Shown here one piece after another: positions 11,030 to 22,880 of a stretch of 64,000 nucleotides of DNA. The notes beneath the pieces were generated by a model that did not search any database, was not told where the DNA came from, and was given only the letters and a program-made list of their open reading frames with translations. Source of the stretch: Macrostomum lignano (lineage: Eukaryota). The position numbers were made by a program, and so were the translations under genes. The stretch spans positions 434,001 through 498,000 of the forward strand of contig NIVC01000023.1 of NCBI GenBank assembly GCA_002269645.1, written 5' to 3'. Position 1 is the first letter of the stretch, and each line of letters starts with the position of its first letter.

Positions 11030-14000
11030 ATGGACAATATAACCGAATTGCCCAACTCTGGTAGTACTACTGAAAATGGCAATGATTTTGAGAAAATATG
11101 TAAGTAGAAATTGCATTTCAAAAATTGCAAATCATATATTTGCACAATACTACTATTACTTGTTCAAAAGAGTAGCATTGTTTGATCATTTTTATTGTTA
11201 ATTTTCAGATAAGCAGGAAGAACAAAAACTGGTTGTAAGCCTTGAACTAGCAAAGGAGTATGGTCTCCAGAAATATCGAGTCACTGATTGGCCTATGTCC
11301 TCTTGTAAGACCTTTATACCTTTCCTTTGTGAGTCTGTATTACAGATATAAAATAAATTGGCTTGTTGACGGTGTCTTGGCTGTCAGGATATTCACTGTC
11401 AGGATATTCACTGTCAGGATATTCACTGTCGGGATATTCACTGTCAGGATATTCACTGTCAGGATATTCACTGTCAGGATATTCACTGTCGGGATATTCA
11501 CTCAAGATATTCACTGTCAGGATATTCACTGTCAGGATATTCACTGTCAGGATATTCACTGTCAGGATATTCACTGTCAGGATATTCACTGTCAGGATAT
11601 TCACTGTCAGGATATTCACTCAAGATATTCACTGTCAGGATATTCACTCAAGATATTCACTGTCAGGATATTCACTGTCAGGATATTCAATCAGGATATT
11701 CACTCAGGATATTCACTGTCAGGATATTCACTGTCAGGATATTCACTCAAGATATTCACTGTCAGGATATTCACTCAAGATATTCACTGTCAGGATATTC
11801 AATCAGGATATTCACTCAGGCTAATTCACTGTCAGGATATTCACTCTCAGGCTAATTCACTGTCAGGATACTCACTGTCAGGCTAATTCACTGTTAGTAT
11901 ATTCACTTGAGATATTCACTGTCAGGATATTCACTGTCATTAAAGGTGGCTGAATCGTTGGTTGTTTTATTTTTTCTGGTCAGTGTGTGTGTGAAACCGT
12001 ATGGTCAAGCCTTATCATAAATAGCAACTGTAAATAAATTTTACAGTTGCGAAGCAAATTTATGGCGTTTTTCTGTGTGCACTTTTACGGTGCAAGAATA
12101 CCTCAAGTTTCAGACAGATTGACCCGATTATAAAGACACTGAATCATGGTTATGCTTCATCATCTATGTTGATGCCAAAGGAGTAGAGGATAAATCTCTT
12201 GACTTACTTTGGCTTCCCCCTTTATGGGGTACTGTGATAGAACTGCCACACCCTTCATTTAAAGCCATTCGATCCATGATTATATCTCAAAATGTGCTTA
12301 AATCTCGAAAAATGAGATTTTGAAAATCGATTCTTAAAATGGGTGGTGGGAGATTTTGATGATTAGTGTGAACGGGGTGAATATTTTAATGATGGAATTT
12401 CAAATTGGTAAAATTTTAAACACTGAGTCTCAATAATGGGTTAAGATTTTGATACCAGAATATATAAGGGGTAAGAATTTACTACCCAAATCTCTAAGGG
12501 GTGAGATTTTGATCCCCAAATCTTTGAAGGGTAAGATTTTGATGCCTAAATGTCGCAGAAGTGAGATTTCGATACCTGAATCTCGCAGTGCTGAGATTTC
12601 GATACCTGAATCTCGCAGAGGTGAGACTTTGATACCTGAATCTCGCAGAGGTGAGACTTTGATACCTGAATCTCGCAGAAGTGAGACTTTGTTACCTGAG
12701 TCTCACAGAAGTGAGACTTTGATACCTGAATCTCGAAGAGGTGAGATTTTGATACCTGAATCTCGCAGAGGTGAGACTTTGATACCTGAGTCTCGCAGTG
12801 GTGAGATTTCGATACCTGAATCTCGCAGAGGTGAGACTTTGATACCTGAGTCTCGCAGTGGTGAGATTTCGATACCTGAATCTCGCAGAAGTGAGATTTT
12901 GATACCTGAATCTCGCAGAGGTGAGACTATGATACCTGAGTCTGGCAGAGGTGAGACTTTGATACCTGAATCTCGCAGAGGTGAGACTATGATACCTGAG
13001 TCTCGCAGAGGTGAGACTTTGATACATGAGTCTCGCAGAAGTGAGATTTTGATACCTGAATCTCGCAGAGGTGAGACTATGATACCTGAGTCTCGCAGAG
13101 GTGAGACTTTGATACCTGAATCTCGCAGAGGTGAGACTTTGATACCTGAGTCTCGCAGAGGTGAGACTTTGATACCTGAATCTCGAAGAGGTGAGACTTT
13201 GATACCTGAATCTCGCAGAGGTGAGACTATGATACCTGAATCTCGCAGTGGTGATATTTTGATACCTGAAACTCACAGATTTGAGATTTTCATGCCGCAA
13301 TCATCAAATGGTTAGATTCTGTAAGTGGTTAGATTTTTATGCCTGATTATTAAATAAGTGAGATTTTTATGCCAAAGTTCCCAAAAGAGGAATTTCGTAC
13401 TGTATACCTGGCTCTCAGAAGTGGCAGATTTGGCGCCTGAATCCCAAGGGCGACAATGTATTGCAATAATTTCATTTGAGATTATTAATCTATGCTTCAA
13501 AATCATGAACATCTCCAGATCAGCTGATCGACCAGCCTTGCCGGCAGTCGCCTCGTATCTCCAAGAAGGCGCGTTATTTTCATCGCCTCGTGTCCGAGTC
13601 CACTGCCGTCGCCATTAACAACAGGACCCTGCGCGGCTGTCAAGTGAAAGACCTGTGCTCTGTGGCGCTTGAATTGAGAACAAATTTGACTAGAGAATGG
13701 AGACTGTGTCTGACGAAATTTAAACGTGAGCTTTGATTTTCTTATCATCTATTCTCATATTCATTGTAATCTAGTCTGATATTCATTGTAATCTAGTCTC
13801 ATATTCATTGTAATCTAGTCTCATATTCATTGTAATCTAGTCTCATATTCATTGTAATCTAGTCTCATATTCATTGTAATCTAGTCTCATATTCATTGTA
13901 ATCTATTGTCATATCCATTGTAACCTAGTCTCATATTCATTGTAACCTAGTCTCATATTCATTGTAATCTAGTGTCATATCCATTGTAATCTAGTCTCAT

Positions 14001-17000
14001 ACCCATTGTAATCTATTCTCATATCCATTATAATCTATTCTCATATCCATTGTAATCTATTCTCATATCCATTATAATCTATTCTCATATCCATTGTAAT
14101 CTAGTCTCATATCTATTATAATCTAGTCTCGTATCTATTATAATCTAGTCTCATACCCCTAATATTCAAGTGACATATCCTTTATTATCCAGTCTTGTAT
14201 CCGTTGTAACCTAGGCTCATACTTGCCTAATCTAGTCTAATCCCTGCTATATTTAGTCCCACACCTGTTCATCATCTATTTGTATTTATTAAAACTACTC
14301 ATTCGCCGTTTTATAACCAGCTTTCATATATTGTACTTCCTGTCTTTTCGTCACCTTGAATTTCGTATGAACATTGTAATGAACATTAATCCTTTATCCT
14401 CCTCTCCCCAAAAACCCAAGCCACAGCCTCTCCCAGTTCTGGTCTGTATCGCGTTGGCAGTCTCAGCCGGTTGCGGTATCCAATGGCTAAGCAGCAAATA
14501 TTCTCCGGCCTTAACGGTAATAAAGTGACCATTGCTACGTTTGATCACAAAACATTCAGCCATTTGGAGAGCCTGACGGATCTGGTGTTGGGATATTGGA
14601 ACGCCGAGGCTAGGTGTAAAGGTGAGTAAGATTTTACAGTAATTTCAGTAGTATTACTAAAACTGTTTTTGCTGTCCTAACCGTAATAAAAGACGGTGAT
14701 CTAGTCTCATAGCTAATTATAATCTAGTCTCATAGCTGACTATAAATTTAATCTCATAGCTGATTATAATCTAGTCTCATAGCTAATTATAATCTAGTCT
14801 CATAGCTGACTATAATCTCAGCTATGAGACTATAAATTTAATCTCATAGCTGATTATAATCTAGTCTCGGCTGATTATAATCTAGTCTCATAGCTGATTA
14901 TAGTCTAGTATCATAGCTGATTATAATCTAGTCTCATCGCTGATTATCTAGTCTCATAGCAAACAATAGTTTAGTCTCATAGCTGTTTAAAATCTAGTCT
15001 CTTAGCTGAGTATAATCTCCAGTCAGTCAGGTGGTCTGTATCACGCCCCTGCCCCTTAACTAATGCCATTCAGTCAGTAGGTATCGTCTTTTTACCTTGA
15101 TATTGCACTATTTGGCTTAGTTACACGCGCACCTGTTAGCTAGCTGAATAGCTAGTGAGAAATAATTAGGGATCATAGAACCGGAGAAAGTAGATGGCAG
15201 ATCTTGATAAACACAAAAAGTGTATGATAAAATGCATTGTTTAATTACTAGTACACTTGTTACCCCTGTGTATACCTATATAAATATTCTCCATATAGTA
15301 AAAGTAATGTAATATAAGTTGAATATTATATTCCAGCACTGCAGACTCATATTTGGATTCTAAACCTTTTGGCAGTAAGCAGTTATTATAATTATTATAT
15401 TACGTTGTACCTACATGATAAGTGTTGTAATTTATTGCATAACATTTGTTGCAATGATATGACAGCATACTAGCATGCAGATGTATTACATAACGTTATT
15501 ATGTGCACAAGTAGTTAGCAAAGCTTTGCACCTTGCAATCTGTATTCTACATGTGCATGTATTTTATTAAGAGCACCGCAATTTTAGTTTTATCCTTTGG
15601 TCGGTTTTTTTTCTGAATAAACATACAGAAGTTATAAAAGGTACGAGCTATCCTGTGCTCTTACCCTGTGGGTCACTCCTGAGCAGTGATTTTACCCTGT
15701 GGGTCACTTCTGTCCAGTGTTTTTACCCTGTGAGTCACTCCTGATCAGTGCTTTTACCATGTGAGTCACTCCTGATCAGTGCTTTAACTCTGGGTCACTC
15801 CTGTCCAGTGCTTTTACCCTGTGAGTCACTCCTGTTCATTGTTTTTACCCTGTGGGTCACTCCTGTCCAGTGTTTATACCCTGTGGGTCACTCCTGTCCA
15901 GTGCTTTCACCCTGTGGGTCACTCCTGATCAGTGAGTGCTTTCACCCTGTGGGTCACTCCTGTTCATTGTTTTTACCCTGTGGGTCACTCCTGTCCAGTG
16001 TTTATACCCTGTGGGTCACTCCTGTCCAGTGCTTTCACCCTGTGGGTCACTCCTGTCCAGTGTGTAGGCCAGTGACTCACTCTAGCTTATTTTTGTCTAT
16101 ATACCGCACATATACTTTAATTGCTTTATTCATTCTTTATATTTGTCTGTCTTGCGTGTCTCTTTATCTGTTGTACTCGTATTTAGGTTACTGTTCCCCT
16201 GTGCCCTAGAAACCAGGTATACGTGTCGTGGCGTGTTGTTTTTGTTTTAATTTAAATAATACTGAAGCTCTAGAATAGATTCGAAATAAATCAACTAGAG
16301 AATAGATTAGTAGGTATTTTGGGTTTTAGCCAAACTAAGAATTTCAAGTCATTTTTTAGCTATTTTATTGTTGCGGCTTCAAATTAGAAATATACATTCA
16401 CAACCTTATTCGAATCCTCTTTACCCTAATCCATCCCACCTTGATCCACCCCACCCTAATCCATCCATGCTCTAATCTCTCCCCCCTAATCCATCTCACA
16501 TTAATCCACCTCACCCTAATACATGACCCCCTATCTGACCCCCCTACATGACCCCTATCTGACCCCCCTACATGACCCCTATCTGACCCCCTACTTGACC
16601 CCTATCTGACCCCCTCTGACCCTTATCTGACCCCCTCTTATATGACTCCATCTGACCCCCTCTTATATGACTCCATCTGACCCCCTATCTGACCCCTTAA
16701 CCCATCCCCTTCCCCTTATCCCACAGAAGCAGTTGGAGCTCTTTGGCGCCGCAGTCGCCGCTGGGCCCGCAGCTGTCCGGTGCGCAGCTCCCCGCATCGG
16801 GTAGGCGTAATGCGCGATTACGTTAGATTAGCGTTGGCTCGCTACTTTGACGGTATGGAATTTTCATCTCAGGAGCACCAGCAGCAGACACAACAACAGC
16901 AGCAGCAACAGTTACTGTCACAGCCGCCAACTTTATACTCACCAGACCTTCTTGGCGATGCGCTCAGTGTGGATCTGGGCCAGCTGTTGTCATCGCCAGG

Positions 17001-18432
17001 TCAGGCGGATGCTGATGCTGTAACTCATTATGACAGCCTGTACCCAAGCCTGTTCTACGGCTTCTGTCATGCCAGTCATTCGCAGCAGGCGTCCACGGTT
17101 AACAATCACCATCGGCAAGAAGCTAGGGTAGAGAGGGAGGTCAATAAAATTGATGAGGAAAGAAGCTCTGCATTGCAGACTCCTGTATTTGAGCCTATTA
17201 GCGAAGACGAAGGCGATGGCGGTGTTAGGGAAGAATTGTCGATAGAAGATTATTTGTTAACGGCGGATGCCAGCTCGGAGGTTGGCACCGAGGCGGCTGC
17301 CGCTGCGGCTGATTCGCTGTTTAAATTCGGTCAGGGCTCAGACTTTTCCAGCGGTGCGGCCGACCTGCCGAATGGCGACGACCTGGGAGAAGCTCCATTA
17401 AGTTTATTGTCTAGCTCGGATAATCCGATGTCTAATCCTACTATTAGTAGTCAGCATTTTGGACCGGCTACTCCTGCGACCTCATCATTGTCTGAGCTGC
17501 ATCCGCATCAGCAACAGCATCAGCAGCTTCAACAGATTGCTGAACAGTCAGACAAGCATTCTGACGACATTAATAGCGATGCTGATAGTCTAGACATTGA
17601 CTGTCTGGAAGTTGTTGACGTGTTAACTATTGACGATCTTAACAAAGACTCCTCCGATCAAGAAACAAAGACTTTAGATCCGCCAGTGATAGCTGAAAGT
17701 TATTTGAATTCCTGCGATTGCTCCGCAAGTCCAATTATTGACAATTTCGATGTCTTTGACACGACAATGTCGGATAGGAAATTCACTGTCCCGGAGCCGT
17801 TGGCTAATGCCTATCAACAGCTGGCTAGAGCTTTGCAGGCAGCTTATAACAGCGCTGTGGATTTCCAGTGTCATCAGGAACCGCAGCAACAGTCTAGCAC
17901 CGTTGCTTCTAGTAGCAGCAGAAAACGTAGTCATTCCGACATTGAAGCTTCTCAAAGTTTGCCTTCATGCGTTGATAAGCGTCGCCGAGCCGAAGCCGAG
18001 GCCGCCGAAGCTATGGTTGCCATGGCAACTAATCGCCTCAACAATATCAGGCGAATAGACGATACTAGATTAGAGTGCTTGGAATATTTGGACACAGAGT
18101 TAAATGGGGTAGTTAGCGAGGCCGCTGTTGGCAATGCCGCTAGCGGTGTCCAATGCAACAGTGACCGGCAATTGGCCGCTAGGCCGCCCCCGAGGCCCAT
18201 TGTGCCGCTGTCCCACCAGACCTTGACTCTTACGGGTGCTTGGCGACAAACTCAGCTGTCCGTCGTCTCTACTGCTAGCCCTGCCGCCGCCACTGTAGCT
18301 ATCTCGGCCACAGGCTCCGACGCTGCTACCGCCATTACTAATGGAGAGTGCTGGAGCGTTGACTTCGATGCCGGCAATGACTTGGTTATTGGCAGCAGGC
18401 TCTCCAGTGGAAATGCGGTCAGGTACACCTAG
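11030..18432 (+). CDS. Multi-exon hypothetical protein (~791 aa; basic/helical N-terminal part, polyQ and acidic low-complexity C-terminal part, possible NLS)
   Basis: Exons 11030-11099, 11209-11304, 12047-12148 (weaker donor GTTATG), 13519-13725, 14427-14621 and 16727-18432. All junctions are GT..AG in phase 1 and join into one open frame that ends in the 550-aa track ORF. No family recognised. Confidence 0.75.
11381..11939 (+). repeat. 15-bp intronic minisatellite (TCAGGATATTCACTG)
   Basis: About 37 units in intron 2 of the hypothetical gene. Confidence 0.95.
12340..13490 (+). repeat. 30-bp intronic minisatellite (GATACCTGAATCTCGCAGAGGTGAGACTTT), homogeneous core ~12560-13270 with diverged flanks
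   Basis: The tandem unit is visible directly and explains ORFs 12449 (+) and 12692 (-). Confidence 0.95.
13745..14240 (+). repeat. 22-bp intronic minisatellite (TCTAGTCTCATATTCATTGTAA)
   Basis: About 20 units, decaying toward the 3' side. Confidence 0.9.
14698..15020 (+). repeat. 23-bp intronic minisatellite (AATCTAGTCTCATAGCTGATTAT)
   Basis: About 13 units. Shares the AATCTAGTCTCATA core with the 13745 array. Confidence 0.9.
15650..16062 (+). repeat. 30-bp intronic minisatellite (TTTTACCCTGTGGGTCACTCCTGTCCAGTG)
   Basis: About 14 units. Explains ORF 15748. Confidence 0.9.
16425..16700 (+). repeat. C-rich degenerate repeat (ATCTGACCCCCT / CCCTAATCCAT) just before the 16726 acceptor
   Basis: Short tandem units are visible. 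Confidence 0.8.
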
Positions 18433-18466
18433 GTAGGCTTGCTCACTGGCTTGCTCTGTGTTATAG

Positions 18467-18494
18467 TCTGTCTGCCTTTCTGTCTGTCTGTGTG

Positions 18495-18545
<51 letters not shown>

Positions 18546-18594
18546 GTGTCTGTCTGTCTGTCTGTATGTGTGTGTGTCTGTCTGTCTGTCTGTG

Positions 18595-18635
<41 letters not shown>

Positions 18636-18684
18636 GCCTTCCTGTCTGTCTGTGTGTGTCTGTCTGTCTGTCTGTCTGCCTTCC

Positions 18685-18773
<89 letters not shown>

Positions 18774-18776
18774 TAG

Positions 18777-18817
<41 letters not shown>

Positions 18818-18952
18818 TAGTGTCTGTCTGTGTCTGTCTGTGTCTGTCTGTCTGTCTGTCTGCCTGCCTTCCTGTCTGTCTGTCTGTCTGTCTGTCTTAG
18901 TGTCTGTCTGTGTCTGTCTGTGTCTGTCTGTCTGTCTGTCTGCCTGCCTTCC

Positions 18953-19017
<65 letters not shown>

Positions 19018-19232
19018 TAGTGTCTGTCTGTCTGTCTGTCTGTCTGTCTGCCTTCCTGTCTGTCTGTCTGTCTGTCTGTCTGCCTTCCTGTCTTTCTGTC
19101 TGTCTGTCTGTCTGCCTTCCTGTCTTTCTGTCTGTCTGTCTGTCTGTCTGTCTGTGTGCCTTCCTGTCTGCCTGTCTGTCTGTCTGTCTGTGTCTGTCTG
19201 TGTCTGTCTGTCTGTCTGTATGCCTGCCTTCC

Positions 19233-19264
<32 letters not shown>

Positions 19265-19265
19265 C
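18467..19265 (+). repeat. (CTGT)n microsatellite
   Basis: About 800 bp of tetranucleotide repeat with variants. Explains the VCLS ORFs. Confidence 0.97.
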
Positions 19266-19897
19266 TGCTTATCTGCCTCAGTATTTTCTCAAGAGCTTGT
19301 TTATCCCTAATTTGTTACGCATTGCTATATAGCAACCCTGCATTGCAATCAAAGCTTCACATTGCTATGTACCCCCTCCCTAGCAGAAAAATATAACTAT
19401 GCCTTTGTATTTTCGTATATAGATGCTGGCTTGTGCAGTTAGATGCAGGCAATGGAAGTAATAATTTCAAAGCGGATCTCCCGAGCGCAGAGATATCTTA
19501 TAAGTAGAGCCACGAATCCTTCCATGCATGTGCGGCAATGTGACTGTCTCCTTATAGCGAAACTGCTGATCTAGTCGTTTCCTGGCACTCGTTTCTGCCT
19601 ATATTCTATAAATAATAATATTTATCTAGTATTTCATAGTTAAGCTACTAAATGGATAGTTCTATCCAAAATCTAGGCTCAAATGCGTGTTATTTTTGGT
19701 TGAAATCAATTCTAGAATTGAAAAAGCACACTGCTCCCTTTGGGTTAGTACCAGTATTTTCTGACTACAGATTTAGCATTTCATTGCTCAGGTCGCGATA
19801 ACTGAATTCTCGTTCCCCTTCGTATCTTTTTCTGATCAGTTTTGTCAATTTTTGTTATAGATTTTGTTCAAATACAATATAATCCCTGTTAAGTCCC

Positions 19898-20965
19898 TCC
19901 TGTGTGTCACCTGTGTCACCTGTATCTCTTGTGTGTGTCACCTGTGTGTGTGTCCTGTGTGTGTCACCTATATCTCCTGTGTGTGTCACCTGTATCTCCT
20001 GTGTGTGTCACCTGTATCTCCTGTGTGTGTGTCACCTGTATCTCTTGTGTGTGTCACCTGTGTGTGTGTCCTGTGTGTGTCACCTATATCTCCTGTGTGT
20101 GTGTCACCTGTATCTCCTGTGTGTGCGTTACCTGTATCTGCTGTGTGTGTCACCTGTATCTCTTGTGTGTGTCACCTGTGTGTGTGTCCTGTGTGTGTCA
20201 CATATCTCCTGTGTGTGTCACCTGTATCTCCTGTGTGTGTCACCTGTATCTCCTGTGTGTGTGTCACCTGTATCTCTTGTGTGTGTCACCTGTGTGTGTG
20301 TCCTGTGTGTGTCACCTATATCTCCTGTGTGTGTGTCACCTGTATCTCCTGTGTGTGCGTCACCTGTATCTGCTGTGTGTGTGTCACCTGTATCTCTTGT
20401 GTGTGTCACCTGTGTGTGTGTCCTGTGTGTGTCACCTGTGTGTGTGTCCTGTGTGTGTCACCTATATCTCCTGTGTGTGTGTCACCTGTATCTCCTGTGT
20501 GTGCGTCACCTGTATCTGCTGTGTGTGTGTCACCTGTATCTGCTGTGTGTGTCACCTGTATCTCCTGTGTGTGTCACCTGTATCTGCTGTGTGTGTGTCA
20601 CCTGTATCTCCTGTGTGTGTGTCACCTGTATCTCCTGTGTGTGTGTCACCTGTATCTCCTGTGTGTGTCACCTGTATCTCCTGTGTGTGTCACCTGTATC
20701 TCCTGTGTGTGTCACCTGTATCTCCTGTGTGTGTGTCACCTGTATCTCCTGTGTGTGTGTCACCTGTATCTCCTGTGTGTGTGTCACCTGTATCTCCTGT
20801 GTGTGTGTCACCTGTATCTCCTGTGTGTGTGTCACCTGTATCTCCTGTGTGTGTGTCACCTGTATCTCCTGTGTGTGTGTCACCTGTATCTCCTGTGTGT
20901 GTCACCTGTATCTCATGTGTGTGTCACCTGTATCTCATGTGTGTCTCACCTGTATCTTATGTGTC
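19898..20965 (+). repeat. (GT)-containing minisatellite (GTGTCACCTGTATCTCCTGTGT, 22-24 bp)
   Basis: Tandem units with a variable number of GT dinucleotides. Explains ORFs 19864-19904. Confidence 0.95.
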
Positions 20966-22880
20966 CTTTCGGCACCTCAGCAGCTTTGCTGTGCTTCTTT
21001 TCCTCATTCATTGGCTTTTTTGTTTGCTCCATTTAATCGCCGGTCGCGCTGTCAAGGACACCTCTCTTCCTCGTTCTCATTGTCATTTCTCTAAACCCCT
21101 CCTTTTTTAATTTCGTTCAAAATTATAGAATTATAGTGTGACTACTAATTCTTTCGCAATTCCTTACCCTTTTGTCTTTACTTTAATTCAGAATCCTTCA
21201 AATCCTTTAGTTTTCAGTTAAAAAATCTTATCTAAAGCTATTTCATTAGCAGCTTTTTAAAAACAGTTAAACGGAACAATTATTTGTTTTACTGCCAGTA
21301 GGCTGAAAGTGCTTCTTTTCTTTTACTTATTTTCTTTTATTACTTTGTCATTTTTAGATCCGTCTGGAGCTGACAGATTTGGGTGGAGCGCTACCAGCAC
21401 AAATAAAATGTATTTCTTTTACTAAGCATTTCTGTGATCTATTCGTGTGTATTTATTCAACATTATTGGCTTGCAAAACTGAAACATTCTATCTATTGTA
21501 TATTGCGTATTCGTTACATTTCATTCGTTGAAATTTGTTTTAATATGGTTGAAGCTCTCACTTTCTTGTAATAAACAATTTTGTTGTTTATTGTTGATCA
21601 GTACGGCGCGTTTTCACGTGTTTGGCTTAGATTAATATATGTGTTTCTTAGAATTTTACGAGAGGTGTGCGGACTTTCCAGACACCAATCGTATTTTGTG
21701 TTGGCCTTTTTACTCAATAAATTTGTTGTCTTTTGTGTTCTGTGTTTGCGGGTTTGGTTTGGTTTTTATTCGGTTTTAAGGGCCATCTCCAGTATACCAA
21801 GTATAACTGTCACCCTTTGCATGCTGATTGTTTGACTTTGTTGAATTTTTATTAAAAAATGGAAATTGTATAAAAAAAGATCTCAGCTGTTTGAAATGCG
21901 AGCAAAGATTATTTCATTTTTTGATGACATCTTTTTCACTTGTCGCTATTCTTGACTACTTCATTTTTCATTGTTTTTCTTAAAAGTTGAGCTAAGTGTG
22001 CTTAGAAATTAAGGTAAATCTTGAATCGATAGAGCCCTTAATGTTTAAGTAGTATAGGCATGCATTAATTTATTCTTCAATACACGTCCTGGAATAAGCG
22101 TGTTGTAGAACAAAATTATAGAATAGATGATTTCAACTATGGGAGAGTCATATTTACAATTTGCCGTAGTTATCAGCATTAAGAACGAAGGTGATAGGAC
22201 AATTTAAATAGATCGATTTTAATAGAATATCGCGTTTGTAATGATGTGCTTATATAATTAAAATGAAAAAACACTCAAAGCCAGATTATAACATTCCATT
22301 GATTTCTTTAGTATGTTTGAATTGATAAACTTGTATAACTCTGGTTTCGCACTGGCTTGAATTGTACATTAGCCTGCTTGTCCCGTTCCCGTTAAATAAT
22401 AGCCACTGACGCATTAACACCTGCTAATTGAGCGGCAGGGAAAGCACCAAAGTAGTTGATGCAACCAGCTGTCTATGGCCAAAACTCTATCAACCGCCCC
22501 CACAATTTCTTAAGTCTACTTTATAGAAAACAAAAATAGTCTATGGTTGTGGTTGGGAGGACTTCGTCCCTGCGCCCTGATCAACTTCGAAGTTGGGGCT
22601 CCGCCCCTACTACACCCCTTAGGGAAAAACATTCTACGGTAAAATATCTGACAGGTATTGGTAGTGGTAGTTAAAGTGTAACCCTGTGCTTGGGCCACCC
22701 GTTATAGTTCGTGCAAATAACTAATCAACAAATCTTATGACAATAATATTAGTTGAGGCCCATATTTACAATGTTAAACATATGGTTCTATTGAACCGAT
22801 CACGGTTGAGTTTTGATTCGATTAAGTCTTGAAAAAACGGGAGCATACAAGGTTAGTATGCTAGAAAACTTGCTCAATGA

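Noticed and set aside
12048-12325. Alternative frame with in-frame TGA at 12120 (selenoprotein?)
   Set aside because: The phase does not fit the upstream exon, no SECIS was recognised, and the phase-1 frame gives a clean 102-nt exon.
11260-13315. Long ORFs 11260, 11314, 11363, 12449 and 12692
   Set aside because: Open frames arise from stop-free 15- and 30-bp units lying in introns of the spliced gene.
20950-21033. Minus-strand ATG exon MEQTKKPMNEEKKHSKAAEVPKGHIRY with donor GTGAGA
   Set aside because: The donor derives from the adjacent repeat (CAGGTGA in every unit), and no convincing in-phase downstream exon was found.
18439-21110. Cys/Val-rich ORFs (VCLS, CVSP)
   Set aside because: Translations of (CTGT)n and GT-rich satellites, open in all three frames.
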